This document shows, piece by piece, positions 59,384 through 64,000 of a stretch of 64,000 bases of DNA. The position numbers and the translations under genes were made by a program. Each line of letters opens with the position of its first letter. Within the stretch, counting starts at the first letter, position 1. Under the pieces are notes generated by a model. It had not been told where the DNA came from, made no database searches, and saw only the letters and a list, made by a program, of their open reading frames with translations. This stretch comes from an uncultured Actinomycetota bacterium (GTDB taxonomy: Bacteria; Actinomycetota; Actinomycetes; JAFAQI01), in NCBI GenBank assembly GCA_963770565.1, contig CAVYQE010000011.1, positions 576,001 through 640,000 of the forward strand. Direction: 5' to 3'.

Positions 59384-61409
59384 TCGCCAGGCAGTCGATG
59401 TAGTCCGTGGTGAGCACGAGCGGCAGAGCCGCGGGAAGCCCGAGGTGGTAGCCCTGGCCGTAGCGCACGCCGAGCGTTCTCAGGCTGCTGAGCTCGCCGG
59501 GCGTCTCGATGCCTTCGGCCACGATGCTGGCACCGATTTCGGCACCGAAGGCAAGCAACGAGGCGGCCAGCGCGCGCCGGGCCGGGTCCCGGTCGATGCC
59601 GCGAGTCAGGGCGAGATCGAGCTTGATCAGGTCCGGCCGCAGGTTGAGGATGTGGCGCAGGCTGGCGAAGCCGGCCCCGGCGTCGTCGACGGCGAGCCGC
59701 ACGCCGCTGGTGCGCAGCACGTGCAGGGCCGCGATGACCTCCTCGTAGTCGTCGACGCTCGCGTGTTCGGTCAGCTCCACGACAATTCGGTGCGCCGGCG
59801 CTCCGCTGAGCAGTCGTTGCAGTTGCGGTGAGAGGGCCGCGCTCGGTGAGACGTTGATCGACAGGTAGGAGCCGGCCGGCAGGTCGTTGAGCCTGCCGAG
59901 GGCAGCACCGACGGCAGCCAGCTCGAGATCGATGCCGAGGTCCTCGGTCGCGGCCTCGGCAAACCAGACGTCGGGCGTCGGGTTGGGATGTCCGGGGAAT
60001 CGCGCGAGCGCCTCGGCCCCGACGATCCGGCCGGTGTCGAGCGCCACGATCGGCTGGAAGACCATCGTGATGGCCTGGCGCTCGAGGATGTCGATGATCC
60101 GGTGCCGGCGCTGCGCTGCGGCGGTCGCGGCGGCGAGCTGTGCCGAGTGTGCGCGGGTGATGTCGGTCAGGCAGGTGATCACCGCTTCGACCGAGCCGTC
60201 CGGCGCGGTCGCCGCCGCGGTCCGCACCGACATCCAGGTCGGCTCGGCCGCCGGTGTGGTCACCCCGACGATCTCGTCGCGTTGCGGTTCGCCGGTCCGC
60301 ATCGTCTTCTGCGGCGGCGTCAGGGTGGTGTTCTTCCACGGGCTGCCGTCGGGTTGCAGGAGGCGAGCCCGGAAGTTCTCGAGCGCCGCGCCACCGCCTC
60401 GCTCATCTTCGTTGATCCCGAGGATGTCGAGCGCGGCTTGGTTGATGGCGACGAACTTCCCGTCGCGGTCCTGCATGAACACCCCGTCGACCATGTGGTG
60501 CAGCAAGGTGGTCTGGACCCGCTCGAGCTCATCGGTCCGGGCCAGCTGCGCGCGCAGCAGCTCGCCCTCCTCGGCCAGCCGGTGCTTCACCGCGCCGAAT
60601 TCTGCAAGCAGGGCAACGAGAACTGCCGCTGAGGACACGACGGTGAGACTGCGGCCGGCGTACCAACCGATGCTGTAACGCAGTTGCGAGAACAACGTGA
60701 GCACGGTGTCACCGGTTGCGGCGGTCGCGGCCACCGCGGCCCAGCGAGCCGGTCCCGGCCGTCGCGCTCCCGCGATCGCCACCGCGGTCGCGATCACGAC
60801 GACCGGGAGCATGTACGGCCCGACCCGATGCGTGAGTGGGGCGAGGCTGAGGCCATCGATGACACTCGGCAGCGACCCGATGCCGAGGACGATCGCGACC
60901 ACCACGGCGACGCCGATCGCGAACGAGCCACCGACCGTCTGCCAGACCAGCCGCCGACGTCGCGCGAGTGCCACTTCGGCGTCCCAGCGCCGCGGCCAGG
61001 GCGCGAGTGCGGCCCCGAGGAGGATCGGGAAGCCGGTATGCCAGGCGACCCAGAGCCACGGCGCGGTCGAGGGGTTGCTGCCCAACGGCGGGTGCGTGCT
61101 GATGACGCCGGGGAAGGCGGCGGAGTAGCCGCCGAGCAGGATCAGGGCGAAGACGTAAGCCCACGACAGCGCAAGTGAGCGTCGGTCGCCGGTGTCGCGG
61201 AACTGCTGGATGAGCAACAGGGCGGACATCAGGTCGAAGCAACCGACGATGGCGATCACCGCTACGGCGAAGCTCGGGTCCGATCCGGCCTGGATTCGCG
61301 AGAACGGCATGACCAGGGCGACGGTGAGGACCAGCACGGCGATCGCCGCCCCGACCCCGAGCGTGCGCGGTCGGGCCAGCGTGCCGGCGTCGTCGACGCT
61401 CGACGTCAT
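59379..61409 (-). CDS. MASE4-PAS-EAL c-di-GMP phosphodiesterase
   Basis: About 7-8 TMs with WLWVAWHTGFP and RYSIGWYAGR (MASE4-like), PAS, FQPIV..AEALARF, ELTE, VDDAGAGFAS, IKLD, AEGIET, GQGY. No GGDEF. Start at ATG 61409. Confidence 0.9.
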   Translation of the reverse strand: MTSSVDDAGTLARPRTLGVGAAIAVLVLTVALVMPFSRIQAGSDPSFAVAVIAIVGCFDLMSALLLIQQFRDTGDRRSLALSWAYVFALILLGGYSAAFPGVISTHPPLGSNPSTAPWLWVAWHTGFPILLGAALAPWPRRWDAEVALARRRRLVWQTVGGSFAIGVAVVVAIVLGIGSLPSVIDGLSLAPLTHRVGPYMLPVVVIATAVAIAGARRPGPARWAAVAATAATGDTVLTLFSQLRYSIGWYAGRSLTVVSSAAVLVALLAEFGAVKHRLAEEGELLRAQLARTDELERVQTTLLHHMVDGVFMQDRDGKFVAINQAALDILGINEDERGGGAALENFRARLLQPDGSPWKNTTLTPPQKTMRTGEPQRDEIVGVTTPAAEPTWMSVRTAAATAPDGSVEAVITCLTDITRAHSAQLAAATAAAQRRHRIIDILERQAITMVFQPIVALDTGRIVGAEALARFPGHPNPTPDVWFAEAATEDLGIDLELAAVGAALGRLNDLPAGSYLSINVSPSAALSPQLQRLLSGAPAHRIVVELTEHASVDDYEEVIAALHVLRTSGVRLAVDDAGAGFASLRHILNLRPDLIKLDLALTRGIDRDPARRALAASLLAFGAEIGASIVAEGIETPGELSSLRTLGVRYGQGYHLGLPAALPLVLTTDYIDCLAS

Positions 61410-61521
61410 CGGGCCCTCATGTCTACCTACCGTCGCCGTTGCCTGCCTCGGTGCCGCTTTGATCGGGCGACTCCACGACTGCCCGATCCCGGCTGCGTAG
61501 TCCTGACAATCCGCACCTTTT

Positions 61522-61549
61522 GTATCGGTCGAGCCGAAGTGTCCCTTGA
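61522..61549 (-). promoter_or_regulatory. Sigma-28-like promoter
   Basis: TCAAG-N15-ACCGATAC on the minus strand, upstream of the MASE4-EAL gene. Confidence 0.55.
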
Positions 61550-61648
61550 CTCGCTGCTTGCCCCTTGATGACGCGGAGCGTCCCCGGGGATCGGCCGAAG
61601 ATGAGCGCTGCCAACGAATTACCAGGCGTCGCTGAGACCGCGCTCCGA

Positions 61649-63022
61649 TCAACCGACCGATGAGGGCAGCGCCTCGGTGAGCCGGTTCGCACCGGCCCGG
61701 GGCGGGGTGTGGGCGCAGTCGCTCCTGTCGACGTCGCGGGTTCCCCAGCTCTCGTCGCGCACCGTGAGCCCGGCGTGGAACAACGCCGGCCGCAGGATCA
61801 TGAGTTGCAGCACGATGAGGAAGGGGGTGCCGATCAGCCAGGTCAGCCAGCGTTGCCGGCGGCTCAGCCACGGGCGCCCGATTGCGTACGTCAGCGTGCT
61901 CGCGTAGAGGAGCAGACACCAATAGAGCCAGGCGATCCAGTAGATCTTGTGGGTGGTCACCGGGATCACGACGAAGGCCGTGACGAACACGAACGGCATG
62001 ATCATGATCAGTACGGTGTTCCACATCCGCAGCACCAGGGCCGCACCGCTGAGGTTGGCGAGCTCCCACGGCAGGTACTTCATGTAGCCCTTGCACCAGC
62101 GCACCCGCTGCCGGTACAGCGAGCGGATCGTCGACGGCATCTCCATCTCGACGATCGCGGTGTCGCACACCACTACGCGGCCGCGGAGCAGGCTGTAGTG
62201 GGTCAGCCGGCGGTCGTCGCCGTAGGTGCCACTCGTCAGGTAGTCCTCGGCGTTGTCGATCACCACCGCGGCGCGATACAGCGAGAGCGGACCGGAGGTC
62301 GGCGCGACCGCGCCGAGCGCCGACCGCGCGCGACGCGCGACGAAGTTGCCGCTCACGAACTCGAGATCGGTCAGCCTGGTGATCAGGTTCTCCGAGCGGT
62401 TGCGCACGAGGCAGGTGCCGGTGACCGCTTGGACGTTCGGTGCCGACATCGCGCGCAGGATCTCCTCGAGCGCATACTTGTCGACGATCGAGTCCGAGTC
62501 GACGGTGAGGACGAAGTCGGCGTCGAGCTGGTGGCGCAAGCCGTAGATCTGCGCCGCGCGCTTGCCCTGGTTGGCGGTGCGGTGCCAGAACACCCGGGGA
62601 TGCTCGAAGGTCGTCACCGGGAAGGCCGAGCCGTCGTCGACGACATGAATCGCGTCGGGAACGATGGTGCCGTTGAGGAGCGACCAGATGCAGGCGTGCA
62701 GGGTGTAGGGGTTCTCGTTGTATGCCGGCACCAGGGCAACCACCTTGCCCGGCGCGACCGGCAGCTTCCGGAACGACTTGCCGTTCGCGGACAGCGTGAG
62801 CATCACGATGATCATCACCGAGACACTGGCGAAGAACCCGGTCTCGACCGTCCAGTCGCGATGCCAGCTGGTCTGGTGGAACCCGACGACGATCGCCGCG
62901 CTGAGGATCGCGCTCAGCCAGGCAACCAGCCGCGAGTTCAGCAGCCGACGACGCTCACCACGGTCGCGATGGCGACCGATCCACTTGTGTGCACTGCCGC
63001 TGCGGCTGCCATAGTCGCTCAT
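61649..63022 (-). CDS. Processive GT2 polysaccharide synthase (hyaluronan synthase/NodC-like)
   Basis: Two N-terminal TMs, VPAYNE, VDDGS, NQGKR, VDSD, SGPLSLYR, GDDRRLT, QRVRW, about three C-terminal TMs. Confidence 0.92.
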   Translation of the reverse strand: MSDYGSRSGSAHKWIGRHRDRGERRRLLNSRLVAWLSAILSAAIVVGFHQTSWHRDWTVETGFFASVSVMIIVMLTLSANGKSFRKLPVAPGKVVALVPAYNENPYTLHACIWSLLNGTIVPDAIHVVDDGSAFPVTTFEHPRVFWHRTANQGKRAAQIYGLRHQLDADFVLTVDSDSIVDKYALEEILRAMSAPNVQAVTGTCLVRNRSENLITRLTDLEFVSGNFVARRARSALGAVAPTSGPLSLYRAAVVIDNAEDYLTSGTYGDDRRLTHYSLLRGRVVVCDTAIVEMEMPSTIRSLYRQRVRWCKGYMKYLPWELANLSGAALVLRMWNTVLIMIMPFVFVTAFVVIPVTTHKIYWIAWLYWCLLLYASTLTYAIGRPWLSRRQRWLTWLIGTPFLIVLQLMILRPALFHAGLTVRDESWGTRDVDRSDCAHTPPRAGANRLTEALPSSVG

Positions 63023-63031
63023 GACAGTGGA

Positions 63032-63193
63032 TCAGTGACTCTGCCTGCGGCTCCAGATCCGAAGACCAAGAGTCAGTAGCAGTACGACGAGCACGACCGC
63101 GACGATGGTCCAGGACAGCCAGGCTGACAGCCCGAGCAATCCGGTCGCCGCAGCGGTGGTGGCCGCGGTATGTGGTGCGTCTTCGTCGTACAT
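63032..63193 (-). CDS. 53-aa membrane microprotein
   Basis: MYDEDAPHTAATTAAATGLLGLSAWLSWTIVAVVLVVLLLTLGLRIWSRRQSH. GAAGGGA RBS; tightly packed between the dehydrogenase and the synthase (13- and 9-nt gaps). Confidence 0.75.
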   Translation of the reverse strand: MYDEDAPHTAATTAAATGLLGLSAWLSWTIVAVVLVVLLLTLGLRIWSRRQSH

Positions 63194-63206
63194 CGGGTCG
63201 TTCCCT

Positions 63207-64000
63207 TCAAACCATTGATTGATTGGGCGCGGTCGCGACGTGGCGGTACGTCGCGTTGAGCAGCAGTGACGTCTTCGGCAGCCAGTCGAGCGTGCTGTCG
63301 GTGTGATGGGTGTGCAGGAGCACCAGGTCGGCATGGCCGTCGGCCGGGTTGTCGATGGAGTAGAGAACCGTGCCGTCGCGTAGCGCGAGCCGCGGCACAT
63401 ACGGGTCGACGTAGCGGACGTTGGCCCCGGCGGCGAGCAGGGTCTCGATGATCACCAGCGCCGAGGACTCGCGAACGTCCTGGACGTCGGGCTTGTAGGC
63501 CACACCCACGATCAGGACGTCGGCGCTGGCCAGGGTCGTGTCGGTCTCAGCGAGCGCGCCGCGGATCCGCTCGACGACCTGCAGCGGGCGTTCCTCGATC
63601 GCGGTCATCGCCTGCTCGACCAGCGGCAACCGGTAGTCCGCGGCGCGCAGCTGCCACAGCAGGTAGTGCGGGTCGCAGGGGATGCAGTGGCCACCGACAC
63701 CCGGGCCCGGCGTGAAGGGCATGAACCCGTACGGCTTGGTCGCGGCCGCCCCGATGACCTCGGTGATGTCGAGGTTCAGGGCCCGGGCGGCGACGCTCAT
63801 CTCGTTGACGTACGCGATGTTCACCGCGCGGAAGGTGTTCTCGTGCAGCTTGGTGAACTCCGCGCACTCGGCGCTGCTGACGACGTGCAGCTTCCTGACG
63901 TACCCGGCGAGGGCCATCGCGGCTCGCTCGGTGCAGGTGTCGGTGAGGCCACCGACGACCCGCGGCACGTCCTCGTGCGAGTGCCGTTCGTTGCCCGGGT
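63207..64000 (-). CDS. Nucleotide-sugar dehydrogenase (UDP-GlcNAc/ManNAc 6-dehydrogenase type), C-terminal part; 5' end beyond window
   Basis: DPGN, AEFTKLHENTFRAVNIAYVNE, AATKPYGFMPF.PGPGVGGHCIPCDP, GVAYKPDVQDVRES. Confidence 0.93.
   Translation of the reverse strand, partial: PGNERHSHEDVPRVVGGLTDTCTERAAMALAGYVRKLHVVSSAECAEFTKLHENTFRAVNIAYVNEMSVAARALNLDITEVIGAAATKPYGFMPFTPGPGVGGHCIPCDPHYLLWQLRAADYRLPLVEQAMTAIEERPLQVVERIRGALAETDTTLASADVLIVGVAYKPDVQDVRESSALVIIETLLAAGANVRYVDPYVPRLALRDGTVLYSIDNPADGHADLVLLHTHHTDSTLDWLPKTSLLLNATYRHVATAPNQSMV

Overview
High-GC actinobacterial chromosomal segment (mycothiol dehydrogenase, panB-nadE-glnA-glnE synteny, many apparently leaderless genes). Clustered single-base indels at about 1-5.5 kb, 10.65 kb, 28-29 kb and 33.8 kb look like long-read assembly errors. 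I found no rRNA, tRNA, CRISPR array, integrase or transposase. Housekeeping genes are interleaved with: an ABC exporter/two-component module bracketed by inverted ~69-bp palindromic elements; a methyltransferase-monooxygenase-type III PKS cluster; an ftsH-boxC-boxB-benzoate-CoA ligase-amidohydrolase operon lacking boxA; a trimethylamine-dehydrogenase-like flavoprotein with two altered cofactor ligands; and a c-di-GMP / exopolysaccharide neighbourhood (HD-GYP-Ig-pentapeptide fusion, MASE4-PAS-EAL, hyaluronan-synthase-like GT2 with a 53-aa membrane microprotein and a UDP-HexNAc dehydrogenase). Non-coding signals include two unrelated palindromic repeat families that both have a 31-bp period (one at three loci, with compensatory stem changes) and a shared sigma-28-like promoter motif upstream of all three c-di-GMP genes. 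All functional calls come from motifs read by eye; no database searches were run.
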